Positions 49,504 through 61,659 of a stretch of 64,000 nt of DNA are shown here, piece by piece. Under the pieces are notes generated by a model. That model had not been told where the DNA came from. It saw only the letters and a list, made by a program, of their open reading frames with translations, and searched no databases. The stretch is taken from positions 144,040,862 to 144,104,861 of the forward strand of contig NC_058131.1 of NCBI RefSeq assembly GCF_016433145.1, written 5' to 3'. The stretch's first letter is position 1. Each line of letters starts with the position of its first letter. Position numbers and translations under genes: made by a program. Source of the DNA: Gracilinanus agilis. Its lineage: Eukaryota.

Positions 49504-49559
49504 AGCTTGCTGGGGGGGGGGGGGAGAAGAGGAGGGTGCAGAGGTGGGTGGGAGGAGGG

Positions 49560-50200
49560 AGGTAGAGTTACACACCAGAAGGGAAGCCTCGCCTGAGCTG
49601 CCGCAGGAGCGAAATGACGGGAACCAATGAAATGCCAATGAACGCGTCTCCAGCGTGACCGCCGAGATTGACGTGGAGGACACGTCAAATTGATCCGAAT
49701 ACACTGAAGCCTCCTGGTCAGACGAATTTATCCCAATCGGATGAAGATCACCTTGGGGTTTAAGGGCTGCCGGAGTTGGAAAGTGTTCTGGGAGAGGGCC
49801 GCTGAAGGGCAGCAGGGAGGCAGCGCCGCCGGGCTCCGGCTCCCGCTCCGACTCCCGCTCCCCAGCAGGAGCGTCTCCAGTTCGAAGTGGGGCCGTGGCT
49901 CGCAGCTCTCGCTCTCCCTCCCTCTATGTATCTCCGCCCGCATCAGAGCACACCCGGACTGCGCCCGGCCGAACCCCAGCAGTCGCTCGGGCGCCAGGCA
50001 GCCGGCCCTGCGCGCTGCTATGGGTAAGGGAGGCAGCGGACGCCTGCGAGCAAGCTGCGTTGGGGCTCTTCTCTTTTCCATTATTCTTCTTTCTCTCTGC
50101 TCTCCCGCCCCCTGAGTGGAGGGCCTGCCTTCTCTGGCAGGCAGCGAAGCCGCGTCTGGAGGCTCACCCCCCCAGCGGAGAGGCAGAGCAGGGAGCACTT
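49560..50200 (+). promoter_or_regulatory. PAX1 proximal promoter / CpG island
   Basis: GC- and CpG-rich against a CpG-poor background. CCAAT boxes at 49624-49628, 49635-49639 and 49733-49737; TGACGT-type sites at 49668-49688; no TATA box. Confidence 0.85.
49741..50023 (+). CDS. PAX1: PAX1 coding exon 1 (upstream ATG 49741; second in-frame ATG 50020-50022)
   Basis: Open frame MKITLGFKGCRSWKVFWE...GARQPALRAAM ends at the donor ATG G|GTAAGG (GT at 50024). It resembles the recalled human PAX1 N-terminus MKFTLGLGSRAWRVSWE...GARQLAGPLAM. The ATG G and donor are near certain; use of the upstream ATG is less so. Confidence 0.85.
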
Positions 50201-50709
50201 TCGTTGGGAAGTTTTAGTATGTGTATGGAGGGTGGAGGGGAGGAAGTGTCAAAGGGAAACTTTGCTGTCCAAAGTGGGAAAAGTGTTTGAGATGAGAGTG
50301 TGGCCTTGAGTGCCTGTCCTTTTCTTCCTCTTCCTCTCATCCCTACCCCATCCTCCCTCCTGCTCAACACAATAGCACTCACTTTGGGGAGCCTGTGTCA
50401 GGTCGCCCTGCTTTGACTGCTCAGAGCTAAGGAATGGGCTGAGGAGCAGTACGTTTATGAACATACACTTCGTCTCTTTCATTCGGAAGTTTATTGTTTG
50501 GGGAATCCCCCGATTTGCCGGATCAGCTGTGGTCCCGGAGAGAGCAGGAAGAGAACTTTCTTTTCTTTTTCTTTAAAGTTGAGATGTGAGACTTTGTGGG
50601 ATAGACAGGATTTTCTCTTTAATTCTTAACAGTGAGTAATCATCGCGTGTTTTCTTCTCGATTCCCCTCTCTTTGCTCCTCGCACCCTCCCCACCCCATC
50701 CCTTTATAG

Positions 50710-51339
50710 AGCAGACTTACGGAGAAGTGAACCAGCTGGGCGGTGTTTTTGTCAATGGGAGACCCCTGCCGAATGCGATCCGACTGCGGATCGTGGAACT
50801 GGCCCAGCTAGGCATAAGACCATGCGATATCAGCAGACAGCTCCGAGTGTCTCACGGCTGCGTGAGTAAAATCCTGGCGAGGTACAACGAGACGGGTTCC
50901 ATCCTCCCCGGAGCAATTGGAGGGAGCAAGCCCCGAGTCACCACTCCAAACGTGGTGAAGCATATCAGGGACTACAAACAAGGAGATCCGGGCATCTTCG
51001 CCTGGGAAATTCGGGACAGACTCCTGGCCGATGGGGTCTGTGACAAATACAATGTGCCTTCGGTCAGCTCCATCAGCAGGATCTTGAGAAATAAAATCGG
51101 GAACCTGTCCCAGCCCAACCCTTACGAGGCCACCAAGCAGCCACCCCCACAACCGGCACTGCCTTACAATCATATTTACCAGTACCCTTACCCCAATCCC
51201 ATGTCACCCACTGGGACCAAGATGGGGAACCACCCAGGAGTTCCTGTCTCTGCGGGACATGTCAGTATCCCTAGATCCTGGCCCTCTGCTCATTCTGTCA
51301 GCAACATTTTGGGCATTCGAACTTTTATGGAGCAAACAG
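50710..51339 (+). CDS. PAX1: PAX1 exon 2: paired domain and octapeptide
   Basis: Acceptor TTATAG|AG and donor CAG|GTTAGT; 630 nt. Encodes [95 protein letters not shown]... and octapeptide HSVSNILG (51291-51314). These residues are diagnostic for PAX1 rather than PAX9. Confidence 0.99.
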
Positions 51340-53230
51340 GTTAGTAAACTGAGTCCAAATAGGGCCTTATAACACATTTAGTACACTAAGAAGGGACCAC
51401 TTAGACTTTGTGTGTGTGTGTGTTTGTTGTGTGCCCTTGTGTGTTCATGAAGACAGCCATAGAGGGTCAAGGATGATGGTTTCCCCCCTCCCCCAGCAAA
51501 CCTTTCAAGATGTTAGCAGCACTAGCTTAGGAGAGTGGCGGGATGGGGGAGGCAGGTTTAGGGCCATCTGTGGGAACGTTTGGACATCTTGAACTTTTTA
51601 TGGAAAATGTGGAAAATATTTTCTTGGGGATGATAGATTGTCGACCACAAATTCGGAGTCTTGAAATTTCGCTTTTTCAGTCTTGCAAAAAGAATGTGAG
51701 CGCAGCGAAGCCATATCACATCTCCTTTTGCCAGATCTAAACAAAACAAATATCTCCATCAATTTGTTTGACCTTTTCCTGGAAGCCTCAGTTCTTTCTT
51801 CATCACTACCACCCCCTCATAGGTCATCTACTCACCATAATAAAAGAGGGAAATTGTTTTCAAATTTATCATTGCCATTATTATTTTAAAAGCAGTTTCT
51901 CCTTTTAAGGCCTGGCCAATCCAGATGGGAAGCTATTATACCAGTGGTAATTCAGAGAGATTTGGGAATGCTTTGCAGTCAAGGTCTTTCAGGCTTTATC
52001 TTTTGAGTTTACTTCACATTCAAATTTTTGGCCATTCATTTGTCTTTGGGTTCATCATCTTTGGGGGAGAGGCAGCTTCATTGCTTAGGGACAACATTAA
52101 GTTTGTTGTAGAAATTATTTCCCTTTCTATCCTATGCACATGACCACTTTGCTTTTCTGTGGCTTTCCATAAGTGGATAGCATTGTGTCCCTTGTGTGAG
52201 ATACAAGGAGGGAGTCAGAGCTTTCTGTGGTGAAGAAAGAAGGGAGAATTGAAGCAGAAGTGAAGTGGTGAAGAAAGAAGGGGGGTGGTGGTGGTGAAGA
52301 ACTCCAGGAGCCTGCAAGAAGTTTTTTGCCTTTCTGCAAACCCATTGTTTCTTTGGAACTGGTTTTTAGAACTCAAGTGCTGCCCAGAATCTTTCAGCCA
52401 ATCCCAACTTCATTAAACTTTCTCTAGAACAATTAGGTGCTTGGTCTGGCTAGTCAGAGAGTATGTATGTATGTGTGTGTATACACATATATGTATATAT
52501 ATATTCATTATATATAGTATATAGACATATACTTTTTGATAAAGGAATATAAAATCAGAATGCTTCTAGAGAATATCATTGAATATTATGCAAACGCAAA
52601 TATCAGCATATCTATGTTCAAGAAACATCTCTCTGTTTACTTTCTTTTTCCAAATATCCTCTGAAATTATTCCCCCAGTGGAACTATCCCTCAGATCTTG
52701 AGTTGCTTGGATTTTTATATGAAAGGAAGAAAATTTTTTAGAATGCCCTAAACAGCCTCTGTTTACAACTGCCAAAAAGAAAAATAGAAGCAAAAACAAT
52801 TCAAAAAAGAGTTGGTCTGCTAAGTTATTAGGGTGATAAAGTCCATTCTCAAATAACAAATACTCCCCAGCAACAATTTGCCAACATTTTCACCTGAAGG
52901 CCTCAGTGCTGGAGAGAAAGGGTGAAAGAATTGAAATCAGATTGCAGCCCTGAAAGAGCTTTGAGCAGGACCCTGCAGACAGTGAGTGAAATCGAAAGAA
53001 ACTTGGTTGGACCAACTTTTTGCCTGCTTTGGAGGTTTTAAAGGTGCCTTCTGTCCTGTGGCTCTCCTAAAGTTTATTCAGCTGCACTCACGAGTGGGGT
53101 GAACATGGGTGCGTGTAAATGACACTCCCTAATCCTCGATACACACACTTTAAGGGCCAGATGGTTGGACCCAACGGGCTTTCTAAGTTCTGAGTTGTCT
53201 TCTCACAATCTCTCTTCCCATCCATTTAAG

Positions 53231-53373
53231 GGGCACTGTCGGGGACTGAGGGCTCTGCCTACTCCCCCAAAATGGAAGACTGGGCCAGTGTGAATAGGAC
53301 TGGTTTCCCAGCCACACAAGCAGTGAACGGAATTGACAAAGCGGTTATGGAAGCAGACATCAAATACCCACAG
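53231..53373 (+). CDS. PAX1: PAX1 exon 3
   Basis: Acceptor TTTAAG|GG and donor CAG|GTAACC; 143 nt, phases match the flanking exons. Encodes (G)[47 protein letters not shown]. Confidence 0.96.
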
Positions 53374-54003
53374 GTAACCAGGGCCTGGGAAGCCTGGTGA
53401 ATGCTGTAGCAACAATTAAGTGCATCCCATATTGGTCTTCCAATAGGCCTAGCTAAAAAGAGGGGCAGTAACAATTTTTTTTAAATTTAAAAATTCAAAC
53501 CAGCCCTTCTGCATGTCTCACCATTTAAAAATGATCTTGGCAGAGGATTTTTTTAAACATTTTAACCCGACACTTTTGAATATAAGATTAGATTTCAGGG
53601 TGCAAATCTAATGCTTGCTCAGCACCCCTCAGCCTGTGAACTCAGAAATGGCTGTTTGGATTCCCCCCCTTTCTTGTTTGCCCTCTCTTGTTTCCTTCCT
53701 TGGAATCCCACCCCGGGTCCATTAAAATGCTATTGTTCTCGGTCTAGCTAACTAATGCAATTAGAGGAAGGGACGCGCTTGGAGAAGAATAATTGGTAAC
53801 CTTGTCCCACCCCCTACCCCCAATTCCACCAATAAAGGGAATTTTGGGGGAGGGAAAGGGTTCGGAGTTACGGTAAAGCTTTTCAAGGCACTAGGAAGGC
53901 ACCAAACTCTTGGCTCCTTGTCCAGAGAAAGCCTGGTGCAAGCCCTGGCCGGCTGGTTGGTAATAATGTCTCTCTCCCTCCCTTTCTCGCTTCTGCGGGT
54001 TAG

Positions 54004-54223
54004 CCCACCCCGAGTCTTTCCACTGTGGGCAGCTTCCTCCCAGCCTGCGCCTATCCTTCCTCCAACCAGCACGGAGTGTACGGCGGACCTGGAGGCGGCT
54101 ACCTCACTCCCGGCCATCCCTGGCCTGCGCAGGGTAGTCCCCTGGCTCACCACGGACCCGGTGTGACCGTGCACGGGGGAGATCTCGCCACCGCCATGGC
54201 GTTCAAACACCCCAGTCGAGAAG
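54004..54223 (+). CDS. PAX1: PAX1 exon 4
   Basis: Acceptor GGTTAG|CCC and donor AAG|GTAAGA; 220 nt. Encodes [73 protein letters not shown]. Confidence 0.95.
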
Positions 54224-55939
54224 GTAAGAGGGCCGGGAGGCTCGGGCTAAGACAGGGGTCCGACTGCCGGGAGGAAGTCACTAGATAGAAAGTGGAGGGT
54301 GGGAACTCAATTTCATGACCACACCATAGCTGAGGTAGGGTGAAGAAGGGTGGGGGTAGAAGTGGTGGCCTTAGAGGAGCCAAGCTAGATGAAACTGGAA
54401 CAGAAGTAAAAGAGATGAAAAAAAAAATTCGGACACATATCTATATGTGGCCATCATTCTAGAAATGTATTTTTTTAAATAAATCAATTGTTCTTACTTT
54501 GTTATGGCATATTTATAAAGAAAATTATACTTTGAATTGTTTCAAAGGGCTTTTTTCTTTTCTTTTTCTGTTCTTTTTTATCTTTCAAAAAATCACTTTA
54601 TTCTCTAAACTGTGCTGAAGTAGGTTAGAAATAGACGTGTTAAAAAAAAAATAGACATGTTTGTGTCCAGAATTGGGATACCATCGTTATGGGAAGGGAT
54701 AGGATTAGATGACTCCAACAATGACTTCTATTTCTAAATCTGTGATCCTATGGTTCCCTTTAATTCTCTACATGGAACACCTTTCCACCTGTGTAGATCT
54801 GGATCTTCACATGACCTATAATTTATGGCCTTAGTGGTCTATTTAAATGACTTGCCCAATATCATACAGGTGCGGTAAAGTCAGGCCTTGAACTGAGATC
54901 TTGCTGACCCTAAGGTCTGCCCCCTATCTCACCAGGCAGCCTCATTTTCAATTGAGGCTGAGAGGTTGTAATAACAAGGTCACACTGTTAGTAGGTAGTA
55001 GATTCTCCCCCCCCCCCCCTTTTACTGTACTGGTGATTTCATAGATATAGGAAACTCTGCCAATCCAGGTAGGCAAAAGCTCTGTAATTTATAGTGTTAA
55101 GAGAGTTACCAAAGGCACTGGGAGTTAAGAGACTTGCCCATTTGGAGAACTTAGCATGTCTCCATAGCTATTTGAATCACCATGATGCTAGACCCCCTGG
55201 CCTCTATCCACAAATCAAAAATATCTCTTTACCTCACTAGTTTGAATCTTAACTCTGTTTATAATCTTGGCATGTTGTTTATCCTCTCTTGGCTTGTTCC
55301 TTATCTGAAAAATGAGGGAGTGATTGAAAGATGTCTAAGCCTCTTCCAGTTCTAAATCCCATAACCCAGACTTCTCCTGCAAGGCACATTTCTTAGCCAT
55401 ACTCCATTTTCTCAGCCTGTCTCATTGGGTTTAGTGTGGAAGAAATGCTGGAGACAACTTTCTAATGACTTCTCATCCTTTATCTAGTCCAGGACCCTCT
55501 ATTGTTAGACCAACAGTTACTTGATCTCTCCTGAGCTGGTTTTTCAAAATTTGTTCTGTAGCAGTTCCTACTATCTAATCCATACTTCAAATCCACCTCT
55601 GTTAGCTTAGACAGAATTTTCTTCTTGATTAAAACAAACTGTAAGAAATCTTCCCCCTTTCCCTCTCCCCTACTTCTCAACCTGCTTCCTACATTCACAA
55701 TGGCTGTCTAACACATTTGCTTTTCTGATTCAGTCAATTTCCAATGGTATAATCTTGGTTCTAGCTTTTCACAATTGGGGATGATTTGAACTCTGCTGTA
55801 GGCATTTCCTACTTAAATAATACCAGCATAATGAATAGATCACTGGAATATGGGTTGGGAAACAGCTTAAAGTTTGGACTTTGTCACTAGTAGTTTTGAG
55901 ATCTTTAACAATTCACTTCTAAAAGAATGTCTTCAGTTT

Positions 55940-56140
55940 AAAAATATCCTTGCCTTCCATCTTATAATCAATAGTGCATTTTGGTTCTACATCGGAAGAG
56001 CAGTAAAGGCTAGGCAATAGTAGTTAAATGACTTGTCCAGGGTCATATAGCTAGGAAGTTTTTGAGGCCAGATTTGAACCCAGGATCCCCTGTGTCTAGG
56101 CTTGGGTCATAATCCATTGAACTACCTCAAGGTCCCTATG
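55940..56140 (-). mobile_element. Older SINE1_Mdo-related CORE-SINE in PAX1 intron 4
   Basis: GGCTAGGCAAT...GTTAAATGACTTGTCCAGGGTCA...GATTTGAACCCAGG; same layout as 31193-31401 but more diverged. Confidence 0.7.
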
Positions 56141-59100
56141 CCTTCAGTTTTTATGATTTCAATTGCTGTGATGGATAATGAGAGGCAGAAAGATGCTAGT
56201 CCTGGAGTTGTGAGAGAGCTGAATTTTTACTCTCTTCTTAGCTTCATTTACCTCATTTTAAAAATCAAAATAGGATATGCATGCTATCAATTTCAGTGCT
56301 GCACAGATTTTGTGTATCATAAAACACATAAATTTGAGATATTCACATATGGCACAAGCTTATTATTATAATTAAAACAGTTAAAGGTCTATAGAAAAGT
56401 CACTACATTGCTTGAATGGACAGATTTAGCCAAAGGACTTCTGCAGAGAAAAAGGATTCCAAGGAAATGAATTTGTTTCAAGATGGGGTGATAGTATATA
56501 GTCAGATGGACTCATACTTAGTAAGTATGTTTAGTAAGATACATGTTTAACGTATTTTAAGATAGACTTAATAAAGCTGGGATTCAGTCCACATTGTATG
56601 AAAAACAGATGAAAAACAATCTTTTGGAGGAGGCATTCCTTCCCCAAATCAACTATTTTGAGATAACTTTACTAGAATAGTTCAAAGTGTTGTCACCTGG
56701 AGGTTGGTGAATTTTTAGGTAAGGTCTAATTAGTACAATTTTAAAATGAGCTGAACTTCTTCCCTATTTAACTCCCTTTTCAAGGGCCTGAGTCCACTTT
56801 TTTTTCCATGAAAAAAAAAAAAAGAGATCAGGGAGTAAAATTCTTAGCTCAGAGTTTTTCTTATGCAGGCTTTCAATCTGTCTATGCTTTCTTCTTTTTT
56901 CAGACTACATTGTATTAAATGGAAAGGAATTGTCATCCATGTGATTCAAATAAGTAGTAAGTGACTCCAGTTCATAGCATGTAAAATTTAACTCAGCAGT
57001 AGGATGAATATTTCCATCAACTAGGATTCTTTCCCATATCTATGATTCTAACAGGGGAGAAAAGGACCCACGTCTTAAAAAAGTGATGAGAGTAGCAGTC
57101 TTTAAAATATTTTAGCCAAGAACATAAAATCATACATAGTAAATAAACCAAGAAATGTTATTAATTCCATAAAGAAAAACATATTTCAATTCCTGCATCC
57201 TTATTTCTTCCCTGAGGGTACTCCTTCTAATAATAAAACCTTTGTAGGTCTTAGGAGAATTTCTTGAATTGCCTTGAACCTCCAAATTCATTATCTGATG
57301 GCCTACCTACTATTGATTAGTCTTTCTGCAATTTTCTAAGCCATTTGGAACTTTGGCAACAGAAAAATATTCCTTCATAAGGCTCAGACATATTTTCCAA
57401 TTATGAGCCTTTCCCTCCCTCTTTCTGGTAATTGCTTCAAAATGGATGTGTAATAATTTGGGAAATATAGTAATATATGCATACTATTTTAATATTTTAC
57501 TTGTCTTAATATTTTCAATTAGTGTTCTTTTCTTTATTATAAGGACATATTTGCACACATTTCCAAATCTTACTCCCATAGTAATTAGGCTAATAACTAA
57601 ATTACTGATTTCTTTGTTTTCATATTTTTAAAAATAAAGATCATTGTTCCAGAACTGTAGAACATTAAGCTTCCCATTTAAAATTATTTCCCTTAAATTG
57701 TCAGGAAATAATTTCTTCTGACTCCTCTGTTGAATCAGGTTATGTCAAGAGAGAACATGAATGCAATTGCTATAATGTAAATATACTTCATTTGGAGGGT
57801 AGGGATTCCTCCCCCCCTTTTATTAATAAAAGTTATAAGTATTGCAACCCCCATCTCATATCATAGAAAGGAGGGTAGGAATTATTAAATTAGGTACTTT
57901 AATTGCACTTTCTATGCAGTTACAGAAATATTACCTGTTCTCATTGCAAGCAGCCCACTCCCAGTCCTAAATGTTTTTTTTTTCCTAAGAATATCAATTC
58001 TTATTAAATCTTTAACTTACATACATTTCTGAGAGTATTTTTTATAAGCAAAGATTACTGTTTTTTTAAATTAGATAGTGAAAACAATCTACCATTGGAA
58101 AAACAACTAATTTTGGTAACTTTTGAATTGGCAAATATATCAAGCCATACAGTCACATACAGAGTGCTGGCATGAGATTCAGGCTATTGTTTGTGATCTT
58201 TTTTAACAAGTTATTTAACTTGGGTCTCAATTTCCAACTCCATAAGAGGAGAGTTTGGGACTCCATATCCTATGAGGTCCCATCAATCTCTAGATGTAAG
58301 TTGGGGGTGAAGAATTCCATGATTCTATGAAGAGCAAGTGTTGCCCCTGACACAGACTATTTGGCCTTAGACAAGACACTTTATTTCTCTGTGCTGTGAA
58401 CAATTATTCCTTTAGATTGTAGAAATAAATTGTTCATCTTTGTAGGTAGAAGGATTTTAAACAATGAAAGTTTCTCCATCTCAGATGAAAAAAGAAGTCA
58501 GCATCATATATTTCATTATAGTGTCCAGAAATCTGATTCAATGGATATATGATAAAAAGGAGAAGTTTTTCTTTTCTTCAGGACAAAATTAATGACTTCA
58601 AATCACTTTCCTAGTTTCCTTTTAATAATCTTTGAAATTCATCACCTGGTCTACACTCTGTTGGTTAGCTTCTACTAATTTCAACCAGGTTATTACTCTG
58701 GTCATAATGAATCTGAAAATTCTCATGATTTGCAAGGAAAAATTAAAGGGTCAGATCATTTTGCTTCATCCACCCGGACTCCTGGTGGCAGAAGTCAGAC
58801 ATTTATAGATCTTACCACCCACCACTCTTCTCTGAGCGTCCTGGACAGTATCGTCTTGTTTACATAGCACTGGTGATCATTTCAATGTGGTCAGAACACC
58901 AGGACAGTTCCCCCAGGACATTTGGTATTGAAGTAGCAGTTTGGGAAAACATAGAAACTTTACTGTAAAATCGGTCCTGTCTTCGCAATCAATCACTGGA
59001 GTAGGAGGCTCCGACCCCAGTCTTTCCAACTGTAAGCTGTAAGAGAGACTCTGAAAATCCAACTATATTAAACAAAGGAGCAATTTCCAATGTAGATATC

Positions 59101-60266
59101 TATTTTGTGAAACAGAAGCAAAGAGGCATAGTGGCTAGAGGATGGATCTTAGAGTCGAGGAGACTTGGGTTCAGGTTCTGCCTCTGACTTAAAACTGGCT
59201 GTATGGTGTTGAATAACTCACTCAATTTCTCAGTGGTCTAGGAAACTCTTTTTAAAGTCTAGAAATAATAGAGGAGGAAGTTTCCCTACTAGGGAGTTAA
59301 TTCCTTACATGGGTGAAATAAGTTCCAATCAAAAAGAAAAACAAAGGCAACCATTTGAAAATTCTTGAAGAATCCTTGTACTTCTACCCTTCTCCCTTGT
59401 AGCAATAGTCTCTGTTCTTAGATCAGTTGTCCAGGGATCCTATAGGGAAACCTTAAAAGGAAAAAACAAACAAACAAACAAACAAACAAATGTCTTTGTT
59501 CTGGGTTTTTACTGAGAGGGATTAGCAAAAGTCTCCTTGGTACCGAATTTTAAAAGAAAACCTCAGTGACAGGGATATTCACTGGTCCTTACTCAGCACC
59601 AGTCAAGAAGCTGAAATGGTCAATCAATTCATTAATGAAGAGTCTTTTATTAAACTACTATTACTTATGAAGCTCCAGACACTGTTCTAGGTGTTGGGAA
59701 TACAAAGACAAAAGAGGGACATTAAATTCCTACTTTTCTAACTGAAGGAAAAAAACCAAACAATTCTTTCTGGAGCGATTCCCTTGCTTCCCATCTCCCT
59801 CAGCCCTCAATTTAAAGGCAGAATGAATGTAAATTAACATCAGTTTATTATAATGGGCTATACTGGGAGAATTGACTTGGTGCTCATTAATAAAGCTTAT
59901 GGAAGAGTAGGGGGGGATTAGAATAAGAAGGGGTCAGTGCGGGCGTGGTGGGGGGGAGAGGAACGGGTATTACCAGTAACAGCAAATGCAATGAGAAATA
60001 CTAAAATCTGTCAGGGAGGAGTATTTGTAAAATTTCATTTATTTATTTTTTCCCCTGCCTCTAAAGTCAAAGGGATGTTGGCTGAGGCAGCCTCAAATGT
60101 TTTCTAAACAGTATACTCCTTTTGATGTGTGCATGATGGAAAGGGATTGAAAACAACTCAAGCCTGGGCACTGAGTACAGTGTTTTGGAAAGAGACAGAG
60201 AGGAATAAAGAGTCTTCTAGTCTTTTAAGCACTGTACCCAGAGAAGTCCGGGAATTTTCAAAACAA

Positions 60267-60300
<34 letters not shown>

Positions 60301-60719
60301 TGAATCAGTCGATGGAGGATTGAGGGTGTGTTTATGTGTGTGTTTATGTGTATGTTGCGGAGATCAGGACTAGGGCCAGAGAAACGCCTGGGCGCTCCCT
60401 ACCAGGAGGGTGCACACAGGTGCGGGCCCAATCCCCACGGGCAGCTGGAGCAGAAGCATTTGTCTAAACAGTACCCTTCCGGGGTTAGGGGAAGGTGAGG
60501 GCTTTCAGAAGTTTGAAAATCCAGAAGCCACTTAAATTAAGGTGTTCTGTGCTTATCCTGCAAGCGACGAATGTCTGTCTGGAAGGGAAAATAAAATTAG
60601 GCTTCTTGAAGAATAGAGCTGCTGTGGTGTGGCTTAGCATTTCTGGGAGAAGTGGAGAGATTTTGTGTATGTGTGTGTGTGATGATTGTGCAATTCCAGC
60701 GTCATTTTCTGGCTTCCAG

Positions 60720-61010
60720 TAGCATAACTTGGGTCTCTTCCCGAAACCTTAAATAATAGAGTGAAACATTAAATAACATATGACCTGGTAAACACGGTGT
60801 CACTTAATATAGTGGCAAACATTCCTCAGTACTTGTTTATGACCATCAATTAGTATCCAGTTTGTGCCCAGCGGTCAAAGACTACGCGGGCTATATAAAG
60901 TCCAGCCATCTTCCTGCTCCCTTCTTAAAGTGCAAATTATCCGCCTATTTCGGAGGAATTCAGACCGCACTGAGACTTGCATAGTGTATAATCATTGGTG
61001 AACCCGCCCT
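60720..61010. promoter_or_regulatory. Candidate intronic enhancer/promoter in PAX1 intron 4
   Basis: Repeat-free and CpG-retaining, with clustered FOX, T-box/TALE and NKX motifs and TATATAAAG at 60892-60900. Confidence 0.5.
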
Positions 61011-61634
61011 CCCTCCTTTCTTCCATTTGGTGGTTCCCTATTTCCCATTGCTTTGCGCAGGGTAGCCTACTAGGACCAGCAGCTTCTCTGGGGCGTGTTC
61101 CCGGTATCTCGGTTCTCCTGCCATGTGGTGTGTAAAGTGCTTGAGTATGTGCCGTGTGCTCGAGCCTATAGGAGACTCCTAGACCGGGGAGCAGAAAGAT
61201 AGTAGGAGAAACCCGGTCGGTCCGTAGCTCATTTACAATGTTTCAGGATGGAGAAACCAGTTGCCTCGGTGAAAACAGGGTTCTCATTTCTTTCTCCCCA
61301 GTTCAGAGTTACGGTCTGCAGCGCCTCCCTCCGCTTTGATACATCTATCTCTCTGGCCCCTTCCCTGGCTTCTGGTCACCTTAGTTTGCTTTTTTTTTTT
61401 TTTTTTAAGTCTTTGCCTATTCTCCCATTCTTTAGATCCCAGACGCATTCAGACTTCCCATCTGACTATTTTTCCTCTTGGGGAATTACCAAATCTTTTA
61501 CCCCTAGGTAGACCCCAGTGGTCTTTGTTTCTTCTTTAAAACACGCACTCCAATTCTAGAGCGGGCACATCAGTTATTCTTCCCTGCTCCGTGAAATACA
61601 GAGGAGCAGTTGCTTTTACCTCTAATCCGAATCA

Positions 61635-61659
61635 GTGTGTGTGTTTGAGTGTGAGTGTG

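Noticed and set aside
48943-49704. Long ORFs spanning the second gap
   Set aside because: Artefacts of translating through N.
50808-51173. Antisense ORF over exon 2 (also 53761-54210 over exon 4)
   Set aside because: Shadow frames of GC-rich coding exons.
50710-51339. PAX9 instead of PAX1
   Set aside because: [21 protein letters not shown] and octapeptide HSVSNILG are PAX1 residues; PAX9 has EPAFGE, TPTVVKHIRTYKQRD and HSVTDILG.
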